Positions 1-13,739 of a stretch of DNA of 61,375 nucleotides are shown in pieces. Location of the stretch: positions 186,001 to 247,375 of the forward strand of contig JAXLNO010000293.1 in assembly GCA_038087875.1 (NCBI GenBank). The letters run 5' to 3'. The notes beneath the pieces were generated by a model. It saw only the letters and a program-made list of their open reading frames with translations, made no database searches and was not told the DNA's origin. Source of the DNA: Malacoraja senta (lineage: Eukaryota). The position numbers and the translations under genes are program-made. The first letter of the stretch is position 1; the number at the start of each line of letters is the position of its first letter.

Positions 1-175
1 ATTTATTTATCCAAATTAAACGGCATCTGCCATGCCATCTGCCCACTCAACCAACCTGTCCAAGTCACCCCGCATTCTCATAGCATACTCCTCACAGTTC
101 ACACTGCCACCCAGCTTTGTGTCATGTGCAAATTTGCTAATGTTACCTGTAATCCATTCATCTGAATTAATAATA
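1..175 (-). mobile_element. CR1 LINE RT fragment (continues at 3606 after a Helitron insertion)
   Basis: Minus strand encodes the CR1 RT segment SKFAHDTKLGGSVNCEE; sequence resumes at 3606 (tttattgtaaatagctgcgg), matching the uninterrupted CR1 copy near 7700-7760. Confidence 0.8.
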
Positions 176-559
176 TCTGTCATTATACTAAAAGTCTCAT
201 CTTGACCATTTCCTCTCTAAGTGGTTAATTGATTTTTAGAAAAAACGGTACCCTATATCGCTATGATTTTTGCCATCTTACAGTTCTCCTCCGCTGCAGC
301 AGCCCCAAGGATTTTTCCGATCGCTGAAAAATAAAAAAATATGAATGTTTAAAAAATCGTGAGATTAGCTGATTGGTCCTCTCACCATGGTGAAGGCAAC
401 GCCCCTTCCGGGGGGCGGTAGTATTTATCCCCTGATGCCGGACGTGAGTCACTCACTCTGGAAAATTGTGAGGGAGAGTCCCCAACTGTGATTCTAAGCT
501 GTGATTCAACTGAACTGAGAGTCTGCAATGTATTGGCAATAAATTATTTGTTAGCCCAA

Positions 560-2410
560 AGTGAAAATGCAATGAGTTGTTTGGCCTGCCCTGTGCTTGA
601 AACTGCAATGGAAATGGAAATTAAATGAAAATGCAATGAGTAGTTTAGCCAGCCCTGTGCTTGAAACTTCAATGGAAATGGAAATGAAATGAAAATGCAA
701 TGACTTGTTTGACCTGCCCTGTGCTTTCGCTTTTGCTTTGCTTGACCTGAAATGAAAGCAAATGGATTGTATTGTTGGCTCGCCCCGCCTTCCCTGTGCT
801 TTTGCTTTTGCTTTGCCTTTGCTTTGCTTGGCCTGAAATGAAAGCAAATTGACTGCATTGTCGGCTGGCCCCGTCTACCCTGTGCTTTTGATTTGCTTTG
901 CCTTTGTTTTGCTTGACCTTAAATGAAAGCAAAATGATTGTATTGTTGACTGGCCGCGCCTGCCCTGTGCTTTTTCTTTTGCTTTGCCTTTGCTTTGCTT
1001 GACCTTAAATGAAAGCAAATGGACTGTATTGTTGGCACCGCCTGCGCCGTGCTTGGCTTGGCTTTACTTGACTTGGCTTGGCTTCACTTGGATTGACTTG
1101 GATTGACTTGGATTGAGTTGGATTGACTTGACTTGACTTGACTTGACTTGACTTGACTTGACTTGAAATAGATTGACCTGACTTGACTTGACTTGACTTG
1201 AAATCGATTTACTTGACTTGACTTGACTTGACTTGACTTGACTTGAAATGGATTGACCTGACTTGTCTTGACTTGACTTGATTTTAAATCGATTGAGTTG
1301 ACTTGACTTGAAATGGATTGACTTAACTTGAATTGACTTGATATGCTTTGCTTGACCTGAAATGATAGCAAATGGATTGTATTGTTGGCTGGCCCCGCCT
1401 GCCATGTGCTTTTGCTTTTGCTTTGTCTTTGCTTTGCTTGACCTGAAATGAAAGCAAATGGATTGCATTGTTGGCCGGCCCCGCCTGCGCTGTGCTTTTG
1501 CTTTTGCTTTGCCTTTGATTTGCTTGCCCTGAAAGGAGAGCAAATGAATTGCATTCTTGGCTGGCCCCGCCTGCCCTGTGTTTTTGCTTTTGCTTTGCCT
1601 TTACTTTGCTTGACCTGAAATGAAAGCAAATGGATTGTATGGTTGTCCCCGCCTGCCCTGTGTTTGGCTTGGCCTTACTTGACTTGACTTGGCTTGGCTT
1701 GAATTGCCTTGGATGACTTGGATTGACTTGGATTGACTTGGATTGACTTGGATTGACTTGGATTGAATTGGATTGACTTGGATTGACTTGGATTGACTTG
1801 ACTTGACTTTATTTGACTTGACTTGGATTGACTAGGATTGACTTAGATTGACTTGACTTGGATTGACTTGGAGTGACGTGAAGAGACTAGGAGAGAATTG
1901 GAGTGACTTGGAGCGACTTGGATTGACTTTGATTGACGTGGATTGCCATGGATTGACTTGGATTGACTTGAAATGGATTGACTTGACTTGATTTGAAATG
2001 GCTAGACGACTTGACTTGACTTGACCTGAAATGGATTGAGTTGACTTGACTTGAAATGGATTGACTTGACTTGAAATGGATTGTCTTGACTTGAAATGGA
2101 TTTACTTTGTTGGCAAATGGATTGTATTGTTGGCCCCGCTTGCGCTGTGCTTGGCTTTACTTGACTTGACTTGGCTTGGCTTGGATTGCCTTGAATTGCC
2201 TTGGATTGACTTGGAGTGCCTTGGATTGACTTGGATTGACTTGACTTGAATTGGATTGACTTGACTTGACTGGACTTGATGTAAAATGAATTGACTTGAC
2301 TTGACTTGAAATGGATTGACTTGACTTGACTTGAAATGGATTGTTGGCACTGCACTCACTGTGCTTGACTTGACTTGACTTTACTTGATTTGACTTGACT
2401 TGACTTGTTG
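560..2410. repeat. Composite tandem array inside Helitron 1 (~64-bp and ~88-bp units plus (GACTT)n/(GGATTGACTT)n)
   Basis: Repeated gcttgacctgaaatgaaagcaaatggattgtattgttggc units interspersed with pentamer/decamer runs. Confidence 0.9.
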
Positions 2411-2519
2411 GCCCTGCACTCCGGTTGATCCAAATGTCCCGCTCACTCCGGACGTCCCGCTCGATGGAGAGGCAGCGCTCAGCCGCGTGAGTAGATTCAA
2501 GAGATTTTACTGTCGTATA

Positions 2520-2745
2520 TATGTTGTGTCTGTTTGAGTGAGTGTGTGTGAGTCAGTGTGTGTGAGATGGAGGGTGGCTGAGTGTGCCTGTGAGTGTGTG
2601 ATGGATATTGTGTGTGTGTGAGTGTGGCTGTGTGTGTATGTATGAATGTGTGTGTGTGTGTGATGGAGGGTGTCTGTGTGTGTGTGATGGATTGTGTGTG
2701 TGAGGTGGATGGTATGTGTGTGTGATGGAGGGTGTGTGTGTGAGC
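2520..2745. repeat. Degenerate (TG)n microsatellite inside Helitron 1
   Basis: TG dinucleotide runs with gatggaggg interruptions. Confidence 0.9.
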
Positions 2746-3605
2746 CCGCCAGCCGTGAGTCAACTGCCAGCCCACCAGCCGCGAGTGAGTGGCTCACATG
2801 ACTGGCCACCTTTGGCCAACCTAAAACCACTCATTTCGGTCCACAATGCCCCTATTAGCCCAGAAACTAGTCCCTTTTGCCGAAAATGACCGTATTAGCC
2901 CAGGGGGAGTATTTTGGCAAATGGTATGTGCCAGGCCGGAAAATTCATGAAAAAGTGCCTTTAACTGAGATTTCACTCTGATTTATTTGAAGAGTACATT
3001 CGGCACATCATGCCTGTACTAGCCCAGTAGGAGTTCCTTCGGCCCATCAGTAAGTATTCCCCCTGTAAGTATTAAACCTCACCCCAGTATGTTTCTCCCT
3101 CGCATCATTGGCGCACAGTGAAATCCACTCCAGGTCAGACTTTCATCCTTCATTGCTGTGATCTGATGAAAAATGTCTAAAGTTGATTCTCCACTCTCTC
3201 CCTCTTCTCTCTCACAGAGTCTCTCACCTGTTTTGAGCAGAATTTCTGGCAGTTTCTGAGCTGCCAGCCCACCAGCTCTGTGTGAATGAGGTGCCAGCCC
3301 ACCAGGCCTGAGTTGCCAGCCCGCCAGGCCTGAGTGACTGAACTGCCAGGCCTGAGTGACTGAACTGCCAGACCTGAGTGACTGAGTGACTGAACTGCCA
3401 GTCCAGGAATCCATTCGGCCCACAATGTCCATACTAGCCCTCTGGAAACCAGTCCCTTCGGCCCACAACACTCATGCTAGCGCTCCAGAAAGACCCCCCT
3501 CCCCAAATGGCCACCAATATTGGAATTGGTGGAGAGGTGGAATATTGCGTTTGGGGACCAGCCCCCCGTGTGTACCTGGGACCCAAAGGATCCCACTTAG
3601 TCTAG

Positions 3606-5395
3606 TTTATTGTAAATAGCTGCGGTCCCAGCACAGACCCTTGCGATACCCCACTAGTCACTGCCTGTCATTTTCAAAGGGACCCGTTAATCCCTTCTCT
3701 TTGTTTCCTGTCTGCCAACCAATTTTCTGTCCATGTCAGTTCTTTAACCAATACCATGTGCCCTAATTTTGTCCTCTAATCTCCTATGAGGGACCTTATC
3801 AAATGCTTTCTGAAAGTCCAAGTACACTACATCCACTGGCTTTCTCTTGTCCATTTTCCAAGTTACATCCTCAAAAAATTCCATACATTTAGTCAACTAT
3901 GATTTCCCCTTCATAAATCCATGCTGACTCGGACCGATCCTGCTACTGCTATCCAAGGGTGCCGCTATTTGATCTTTTGCAATTGACTCCAGTATCTTCC
4001 GCACCACCGATGTCAGGCTAACTGGTCTATAATTTCATGTTTTCTCTTTCCCGCTTTTTAAAAAAAAAGTGGGATAACATTAGCTACCCTCGGATCCACG
4101 TGAACTGATCCTGAATCTATAGAACATTGGAAAATTATTACCAATGTATCCACGATTTCCAGCGCCATCTGCTTGAGTACCCTGGGATGCAGACCATCAC
4201 GCCCTGGGGATTTATCAGTCTTCAGTCTCATCTATCTACCCAATACCATGTCCTGCCTAATGTGCATTTGTTCAGATCCTCCATCACCGTAGATCCTATG
4301 GCCACTAGTACACCAGGGAGATTGTTTGTGTCCACCTTAGTGAAGACGGTTCCATAGTACCTGTTTACCTCGTCTGCCATTTCCTTGTTCCCCATAATAA
4401 ATTCACCATTTTCAGTCTTCAATTCTCCAAATTTGGTCTTAACTATTTTTTTCCTCTTCACATATCTAAAGAAGTTTTTACTATCCTCCTTTATATTCGT
4501 AGCTAGCTTATCCACGTACCTCATATTTTCTTCCCGTATTACCTTTATAGTTATATTCTGTTGCTCTTTAAAAGTTACCCAATTCTCTGGCTTCCTGCTC
4601 ATCTATGCTATGTTATAATGTTTCTCTTTTATTGTTATACTGTCCCTGACTTCACTTGTCAGCCACGGCCGCCCTTTACTCCCCTTAGAATCTGTCTTCC
4701 TCTTTGGAATGAACATTCTGTACACCTTCTGTATTATTCCCAGAAATACCTGTAATTTTTGGTTCACTTCCATCCCTACTAGGGTATCTTTCCAGTCAAC
4801 TTTGGCCAGCTCCTCCCTCATGGCACCATAGCCCCTTTGTTCAACTATAATACTGACACCTCCGATTTACCCTTCTCCCTCTCAAATTGTAGATCAAAAC
4901 TTATCATATTTTGCTCACTTCCTCGTAATGTCTCCATTACCTCGAGTTCCCTTATCAAACCCGGTTCATTACACAACACTAAATCGAAGATTGCCTTCTC
5001 CCTGGTAGGCTCCAATACAAGCTGCTCTAATAAATCATCACGGAGGCACTCCTCAAACTCCCTTTCTTGGGGTCCAGTACCAACCTGATTTTCCCAGTCT
5101 ACCTGCATGTTGAAATCTCAAATAACAACCGTAGCATTATCTTTATGACATGCCAATTTTAACTCTTGATTCAACTGGCACCCTATATCCAGGCTACTGT
5201 TTTGGGGCCTGTTGATAACTCCCATTAGGGTCGTTTTGCCCTTACAATTACTCAGATCTATCCATACTGACACATCTCCTGAATCTATGTCACCCCTCGC
5301 AAGGAACTGAATTACATTTCTCACCAACAGAGCTACCACACCCACTCTGTGCACCGGTCTGTCTTCGATAAGACGACTACCCTTGAATGTTCAGT
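3606..5395 (-). mobile_element. CR1 LINE ORF2 fragment (endonuclease to RT), decayed
   Basis: Minus-strand ORF fragments GVVALLVRN, FEECLRDDLLEQLVLEPTREKAIFDLVLCNE, IKEDSKNFFRYVKRK are typical of CR1 ORF2; many stops and frameshifts. Confidence 0.9.
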
Positions 5396-5639
5396 TGAAT
5401 TTATAATTACAACTTATAAATACTCGAATGTTCCGTTTGTAATTACTGCGATCCAATGCACTCGCACAAATGTGAATCGTTAATTTTGTACCATCGTTAA
5501 CAAATCGTCATTGTTTTAGTATTTCTGCATCGGATTGAATTATGGTTTTTCAAGTGATACCTTGTGAGATAGTGGACCGACTGATGACTTTTGCAATTTC
5601 ATGTGATTCTCATTCCCGTGCTCTCTTCTCACACATCTG

Positions 5640-6280
5640 CCTGTCCACCTAGTTTCTAACTCAGCACTATTGATGCAGATTGATTCATGCACTCCACCTC
5701 TTCTTAAGTCCAATTCCTAGCTCTTCTGTCTTTCAGACACGAGGGAAGAGGCTGTTGCATTCACATCATGCTACGAAGATCTCAATCTCCTTGGAAGATC
5801 CGGCTGACCACGGTGTATTTATCTACAAATCTGTAAATGTAGTTGGAGCAAGAACTGGTCACACAGCAGGAAGTGTACAGGGAGAGAGTAAGATGCGGAT
5901 GACGCGGCTTTTCTGTGCGCCGATGATGAAAATGATAGCGGACGATGATTTGTCGCTTACCCTTTTTGATTTTGTGTGCGAGTCAGGGAGTCAGTGGCGG
6001 AGGGCGTGATGTCTGCAAGTTACAGGAATATGGAGATGGGTTTGGTTGGGATTGTGATACTGATTGTGGATCTGTAGACAAACATTAGGAGGCCTTCTTC
6101 TCCAGATGTTCTGCAGATTGACTGTACCGTGGCGCCATAGAGATGGCGTCCGATGAATTGTCCGAGAACGGTAGGCAAAATGTAATATGTCAAGGGTGAT
6201 TCTGAGGCTGGACTAATGTGCACCATGATCACCGGCTCTAGACTCGTTATGATTGTGGATGCCAGATACACTACACTCCA
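5640..6280 (-). mobile_element. Old Rex1/Babar-like LINE RT remnant
   Basis: Minus-strand translations LASTIITSLEPVIMVHI, ITIPTKPISI and LSLYTSCCVTSSCSNYIYRFVDKYTVVSRI resemble Rex1 RT motifs (LTSTIMKCFERLVMAHI; LYTHDC...KFADDTTVVG). Confidence 0.55.
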
Positions 6281-6397
6281 GCCACATGATTGACATATGT
6301 GTTATTTCCTCTTTTTCCAATATATTGAAGCCAGAAAGAGAAACATGGGCTTAAATTCTCTCAAGTAATGCTTCTTTTTCAGAAACGCGGAGATCAG

Positions 6398-6500
6398 TAT
6401 GTTTGAAGAAGGGTCTCCACCCGAAACGTCACCCATTCCTTCTCTCCAGAGACGCTGCCTGTCCCGCTGAGTTACTCCAGCATTTTGTGCCTGCCTTCTG
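6398..6500 (+). repeat. Short Penelope-derived repeat with degenerate hammerhead-like core
   Basis: ttgaagaagggtctccacccgaaacgtc...ctccagcattttgt resembles the Penelope 3' segment at 28152-28245. Confidence 0.6.
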
Positions 6501-6785
6501 TATGTTTTAAGCAACTTGCGAATTTCAAACAGCTGTACGTTTACGTTTACAAACTTTTATCATACGGACCAAAAGCGAATGTTATGATGTTGCTTCTCAG
6601 TAAATGCTGCCGGCGTAGCCCTCCAGTTTGTGCAGCGGGATTAGACGAAACAAACTTCCACCCGATATTCATACCAGAATTGATTCTTAAATGTTCAGTT
6701 TGTTATCAGTAGAATGCGGAGAGGTGTAACGCCTGGGTTTTCCAGGTGGCTGAATTTGTCAGTGAACTTTTCAGGATTATGGTGA

Positions 6786-9630
6786 AGACATAGCAACATA
6801 GAAAATAGGTGCAGGAGGAGGCCATTCGGACGTTCGATACAGCACCGCCATTCATTGTGATCATGGCTTATCATCCACAATCAGATGACTGCCTTCTCCC
6901 AATACTCCTTGATTCCGCTAGCTCCACGAGCTCTATCTTATTCTCTTTTAAATTCATCCAGTGAATTGGCCTCCACTGCCTTCCGTGGCAGAGAATTTCA
7001 CAACTTTCTGGATGCAAAACTTTTTTCACATCTCAGTTTAAAATGGCCTCACCTTTATTCTTAGACTGTGTCCCCTGGTTCTGGACTTCCCCGACATTGG
7101 GAACATTTTTCATGCATCTAGCTCGTCCAGTCCTTTTATAATTTTATATGTTTCTACAAGACCCCCCCTCATCCTTCTAAATTCAAGTCAATACAAGCCC
7201 AGTCTTTCCAATCTTTCCTCTTATGACAGTCCCGCCACCCCGGGAATAACCTTGTGGACCTACGCTGCACTCCTTCAATAGCAAGGATGTCCTTCCTCAA
7301 ATTAGGAGACCAAATCTGCACACAATACTCCAGATGTGGTTTCAGTAGGGCCCTGTAAAACTGCAGAAGAACCTATACTCAAATCCTCTCATTATGACGG
7401 CCAACATGCCATTCGCTTTCTTCGCAGCCTGCGGTAAATGCACGTTTACTTTCAATGACTGGCGTACAAGGAAACCCAGGTCTCTTTGCACTTCCCTGTT
7501 TCCTAATCTGACACCATTGATATAATAATCTGCCTCTTTGTTCTTGCCTCCAAAGTGGATAACCTCACATGTATCTACATTATACTGCATCTGCCATGCA
7601 TCTGCCCTCTCATTCAACCTGTCCAGGTCACCCTGCAACTTCCTAGCATCCTCTTCGCAGTTCACACTGCCACCCAGCTTTGTGTCATCTGCAAATTTGC
7701 TGATGTTACTTTTAATTCCATAATCCAATTCATTAATGTACATTGTAAATAGCTGTGGCCCCAGCAACGAGCCTTGCGGCATTCCTGTCGCACTGTCTGC
7801 CATTCTGACAGGGACTCGTTAATTCCTACTCTTTGTTTCCTGCCTGCCAACCAATTCTCAATCCATGGCTTACCCTACCCTCAATACCCTGTGCTCCAAT
7901 TTTTCCCACTATTCTCCTGTGTAGGACCTTATCAAAGGCTTGAAAGTCCAGATACACTGCATCCACTGGCTCTCCTTCATCCATTTTAATTGTCACATCT
8001 TCAAAAAATTCCGGAAGATTAGTCAAGCAGGATTTCCCCTTCATATATCCATGCTGACTTCGAACAATCCTATTACTATCATCCTAATGCGCCGTTATTA
8101 CTTCTTTAATAATTGACTCCAGCATCACCCACAACCACCGATGTCAGACTAACTGGTCTATAATTCCCCGTTTTCTCTCTCGCTCTTGAAAATTGTGATA
8201 ATTTTAGCTACCTTCCATCCACAGGAACAGTTCCTGAATCAAAAGAAAATGGCGAAATGATCACCAATGCGTCAACGATTTCTGGAGCCACCTACGTTAG
8301 TACCCTGGGATGCCCAGACCATCAGGTCCTGGGCATTTTACAGGCTTCAGTCTCATCGGTCTACCCAATATTATTTCTCGTCTAATGCAAATTTATTTAT
8401 GTTCCTCTGTCTTCCTAGATCCTCTGTCATATAGTACATATGGGAGATTGTTGGTGTCTTCCTTATTGAAGACAGAACCAAAGTCCCTGTTCAACTCTTA
8501 TGCCATTTCCTTGTTCTCCATAATAATTTCACCTGTTTCTGTCTTCAAGGGACCCACATTTGTCTGTACTAATCTTTTTTCGCTTAACACACCTAAATAA
8601 GCTTTTTACTATCCTTCTTTATATTATTGGCAAACTTAACTTCGTACTTCATCTTTTCACCCCGTGTTGCCCATTTAGTTACCTTCTGATATCCTTTGAA
8701 AGTTTCCAAATCCTCTGGCTTCCCTCTACTCTTTGCGATATTATACATCTTTTCTTTGAGTTTTCTACCGTCCATAACTTCCCTTGTCTGGCACGGTTGC
8801 CTCTTACTCCCCACTAGAATCTTTCTTCCTCTTTGGAATGAAATGATCCTGCATCTTCTGGATTATGCCCAGAAATACCTGCCATTGCTGTTCCACCGTC
8901 ATTCCTGCTAGGATCCTTTTCAAGCCGACCTTGGTCAGCTCCTCTCTCAAGCCTTCATAATCCCACTTGTTCAAATAGAACACTGACAATTCTGATTTAA
9001 CCTTTTCCCTCTCAAATTGCAGATACAACTTATCATATTAGGATCACTATCTGCGAGCGATTCCTTTACCTTGAGTTCCCTTATTACATCTGGTTCATTA
9101 GACAACACTAAATCCAGAATTGCCTTCTCTCAGATAGGCTCCAATACAAGCTGCTCTATGAACCCATCTCGGAGGCACTCTACAAACTCCCTCTCTTGGG
9201 GTCCAGACTCAACCTGATATTCTCAGTCTGCCTGCATATTGAAATCTCCCATAACCAAAGTGGCATTACCTTTGTTACATGACATTTCTAACTCGTGCTG
9301 CAACTCGCACCCTATATCCCGGCTACTGCGTGGGGGCCTGTAGATAGCTCCCAAAGGTCTTCTTACCTTTACAATTCCTCATTTCCAGTCCCTATGTCAT
9401 CCCTCGCAAGGGTCTACATTTCATCCCTCACCAACAGAGCTACACCTCCTCCTCTGCCCACCTGCCTGTCCTTTCTAAAGGACGTATAACCCTGAATATT
9501 CAGTTCACAACCCTAATCCTCCTGCAGCCATGTATCTGCAATCCCCACAATGTCATATACACCAATCTCTAATGCGCCTCGTTCATCCACTTTATTTCTT
9601 ATACATCGCGTATTTATATATAATGCTTTT
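6786..9630 (-). mobile_element. CR1 LINE (ORF2 EN-RT plus 3' tail), decayed
   Basis: ORF fragments GMPQGSLLGPQLFTMYINELD...ISKFADDTKLGG and KGKSCLTNLPEFFEDVT; 3' UTR and ctatgt-type tail at ~6786-6880. Confidence 0.9.
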
Positions 9631-9904
9631 AAACCAGAAAACTGTTAATCAGTCTGCAAACTTATAGGGATTGAATAGTCAAGTTTCTCGTCTATATTTC
9701 GGGTGACATTACTGATGAGGAATACCGTGATACACACCTCCCTAGAAACATCTATAAGATTATCATGCTTCGTCAGCTAATGATATCTCTCGGCATTCAT
9801 GGCCTTAATGTCGATTCATTAATTTGTATCACAACAATCACCTGCATTGTTGCCAAAAAATGACCACACAATATCACGTGTCCATGATGACTGTGAAAGA
9901 TACT

Positions 9905-10367
9905 TATCAGAACCGAACGAGGAGGAGGACTCCAATGCAGGCTCAGACATAGGGCAGATCAGTTTTCAGAGTTTAATCGGTCCAAGTCGGTACACAGGTA
10001 AGCAAAAACGGAGGCAACAGTACAATCTAGGAGCAGGCAAAAACAGTGGTCGAAAACAGGCACTGGTCGAGATAACAAGGTCAAGAGATTTCTAGAGCTG
10101 GCACGAGGTGATACAAAGTAACATACACAACGAACTGGCAATGAGAACTAAAACACAAAGGGCTTAAATACACACCCTAACAGGGGATAACGAGATACAG
10201 GTGAAACACATCAGGGTGGGGCCAACAATCACACGAGGGGAAACGACATGACAGGAAATGGGACCTGATACGAGAGGAGATGTGAGACACCAAAATAAAA
10301 CAAGAATGCAACCAATAATAATAAAAACAATAAGAAACAGAAACTAGATCAAACGTGAGACCTGACA
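9905..10367 (-). repeat. 3' LTR of chromovirus element
   Basis: Direct repeat of 14797-15254; begins TGTCAGG on the minus strand just after the PPT. Confidence 0.9.
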
Positions 10368-10389
10368 GTACCCCCCCCCCCTCTCCACG

Positions 10390-13300
10390 GCCGGCTCCTG
10401 ACGGCCCAGGATCTTCAGGATGTTGGCGCCGATATTCCCTGATAAGTTGAGGGTCGCATATGTTGCGACTCGGCACCCAAGACCGCTCCTCAGGTCCATA
10501 CCCCTCCCAATCCACAATATACTGATGACCACGACCACGCCGGCGCATCCCCAGCAACCGGCTGATCGTAAACACTGGTACCCCATCAAGGAGCCGGGGA
10601 GGCGGAGGGGATTTTGAGGCAGGGACCACAGGACTCTGCTTAAATGGCTTCAGTCGGGAGACATGGAAAGTAGAGTGGACCCTCATGGCACGGGGGAGTT
10701 GGAGACGAACCGCCACAGGATTGATGACCTTCGATATGGGGAAAGGACCAAGAAAACGAGGAGCCAGCTTCCGGGATTCCAATCTCAGAGGTAAGTCTCG
10801 AGTGGAGAGCCACACCTTTTGGCCAGGCGAGTATACTGGAGCCGGCGTTTCTCCACGGTCAGCCATCCTCTTGTAACGCGCAGAACTACGCAACAGCATC
10901 TGACGAGCCCTATTCCAAACCTTGTGACAGCGACGGACGAGAGCCTGAGCGGAGGGCACACTGGACTTATTTTCTACAGCAGGGAACAATGGCGGTTGAT
11001 AACCATAGGCACACTGGAATGGAGAGAGACCAGAGGATGAGCAAGGAAGTGTGTTGTGAGCATACTCCACCCAAATAAGGTGTTTGCTCCAAGTTGAAGG
11101 GTTCTGTGCCACCAAGCACCGCAGTCCTGTCTCCAATTTCTGGTTAAGGCGTTCAGTCTGTCCGGGTGATAACCAGATGTAATGCTGACCGTGGCGTCCA
11201 ACAGAGTACAAAACTCCTTCCAAAACCTGGACACGAACTGAGGCCCCCGGTCAGACACAATGTCTATGGGCAATCCATGAATTCGAAAAACATGAGACAA
11301 CATGACCTCCGCCGTTTGCTTGGCGGAGGGAAGCTTGTGCAAAGGAATGAAGTGGACCATCTTAGAAAATCTGTCCACTACAGTCATGACTGTGGTGTTA
11401 CCTTCAGAAGAGGGCAGGCCCGTGACAAAGTCCATGGAGATGTCTGACCAGGGGCGTGAGGGGGCAGGCAGCGGACTCAGGAGGCCAAAGACAGGCCGAC
11501 GTGAGGTCTTGTTCTGAGCACAAATACTGCAGGCCGCGACGTACTCCTTAATGCCCTTCTCCATGGAAGGCCACCAAAACCGCTGTTTGACCACAAACAG
11601 GGTTCGGCGGACACCGGGATGGCAGGAGATCCGAGACGTATGAGCCCAGTGAATCACCTGTGAGCGAAGAGACTCGGGAACAAACAGGCGATTAGAGGGA
11701 CACCCTAGCGGGGACTGACTACCAGCGGTAGCCTCGGAAACTCTCTTCTCAATCTCCCAAGTAACCGCCCCAACAAAACAGGAAGCAGGCAGAATGGAAG
11801 TTGAAACCTTAGGGGCCGGGTCAGGATCAAACTGTCTGGAGAGAGCATCAGGTTTGCCATTCTTGGCACCAGGGCGGTAAGACAGTACAAAATCAACCCG
11901 ATTAAAGAAGAGAGCCCACCTTGCTTGGCGTGAGTTCAGGCGTTTGGCTGACTTGATGTATTCCAGGTTCTTGTGGTCTGTCCAAACTAGAAACGGCTGC
12001 TCGGTGCCCTCCAACCAGTGTCTCCATTCCTCCAAGGCTCCTTTAACCGATAACAGTTCACGGTTACCCACATCGTAATTTCTCTCAGCAGGCGAAAGTT
12101 TTTTGATAGGAAAGCGCAAGGATGCAGTCGACTATCTGAGGGGGGTTTCTGGGAGAGTACGGCCCCGATGCCCACACCCGAGGCGTCCACTTCAACCACG
12201 AACTGAAGTGCCGGGTCAGGGTGAATCAGGATGGGGGCTGAGGTAAAGCTCCTCTTGAGTTTCATAAATGCAGTTTCTGCTTGAGGGGACCAAGAGAAAG
12301 GCACGTGGGGGGAGGTGAGAGCATGAAGTGGTGCAGAAGTGACACTAAAGTTCCGGATAAACTTCCTATAAAAAATTAGCAAACCCAAGGAATCCCTGAA
12401 GTCGCTTACGACTGGAGGGTGTCGGCCAGTTGGACACAGCACTGACCTTGCTCGGGTCCAGCTCTATACCAGCAGGTGATACAACATAACCAAGGAATAG
12501 AACAGTGTTAGCATGAAATTCACATTTCTCAGCTTTCACAAACAGAACATTCCGGAGCAAACGTTCCAGCACCTGGTGTACATGCTGCACATGGGAAGTT
12601 TCGTCTGGAGAAAAGATCAAAATGTCATCAAGGTACACAAACACAAATTTGTTCAGCATGTCACGTGATGCATCATTAACCAGGCCTTGAAAAACTGCTG
12701 GAGCATTAGTAAGACCAAACGGCATGACCAGATATTCATAATGACCGCTGGATGTGTTAAACACAGTTTTCCATTCATCCCCCTTCCTTATCCTCACCAG
12801 ATGATAAGCATTTCTAAGATCGAACAGTGAATACTTTAGCGTCTTTTAACAGTTCAAATGCAGGGGAGATCAGAGGAAGAGGGTACCTGTTCTTAACAGT
12901 AATGTCATTGAGTCCTCTGTAGTCAATGCAGGGCCGAAGTGTTTTATCCTTTTTATCCTCAAAGAAGAATCCAGCTCCTGCAGGTGAAGAGGAAGGTCTG
13001 ATGATCCTAGCAGCAAGGCCGTCGCCAATGTACTTTTCCATGGCGAGCCGCTCAGGTGAAGACAAGGAGTAGAGATGACCCTTAGGAGGCGCTGTACCTG
13101 GCAGAAGGTTGATGCAGCAGTCGTACCGTCTATGCGGCGGAAGAGATGTGGCCCTGGCCTTGTTGAACACCTCCTTCAGGTCCAGATAACACGAGGGAAC
13201 ATTGGTGAGATCTGGAAAGTCCCCCTCCCTTGAACGGGGAGGCTGCCGGAGGGTGGTCCTGGAAGATCCCAGCAAACTGCTCCTCGACAGATCCTTCATA

Positions 13301-13737
13301 GGCTCATGAGAAGAATCATGCACCAGACAGGTGAATTTACAGTTATTCCCCCAGCAAATTACTTCCCCAGTACCCCAGTTCATGTGAGGATTATGGTCAG
13401 GCAGCCAAGGAATCCCCAAAACCAGAGGATGAAGAGAAGAGTCGAGGAGGTGAAACCTGATGGTCTCAATGTGATTATCTGCCACGATGAGTTGAACAGG
13501 TTGAGTTCGGCGAGTTACCCTGCACAGTAGGCGCCCATCCAGTGCACTAGCCTCCAGAGGATCTTGAAGCTGTTCACGTTCCAGCTTGAATTCATCAGCC
13601 AAGCGAATGTCCAAGAAGTTCCCATCTGCCCCAGAATTAACCAAAGCCTGCAGGGAGTGACGCTGGGAATGCACCAACAATTGTACAGCCGTGAGTTGAC
13701 GAGAGGAAAGGCTCATAGGAGCGGTACAACTCAACAA
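10390..13737 (-). pseudogene. pol: pol remnant: protease, RT, RNase H, integrase, chromodomain
   Basis: LVNSGADGNF (protease, catalytic D to N), [71 protein letters not shown]; spread over several frames. Confidence 0.9.
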
Positions 13738-13739
13738 TG

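Larger units (their letters stand above)
176..3605 (+). mobile_element. Non-autonomous Helitron copy 1
   Basis: Starts TC after A175; ends with hairpin tgggacccaaaggatccca (3577-3595) then cttagtCTAG (3602-3605) followed by T; no TSD; interrupts a CR1; terminal modules shared with other copies in the window. Confidence 0.8.

Noticed and set aside
544..2830. QVKSS-, KAKAK- and HT-rich ORFs
   Set aside because: Translations of the pentamer, minisatellite and TG arrays inside Helitron 1.
5955..6075. Apparent minus-strand exon ending at an aagg|gtaagc donor
   Set aside because: Lies within a decayed Rex1-like RT and gives no recognisable host peptide.
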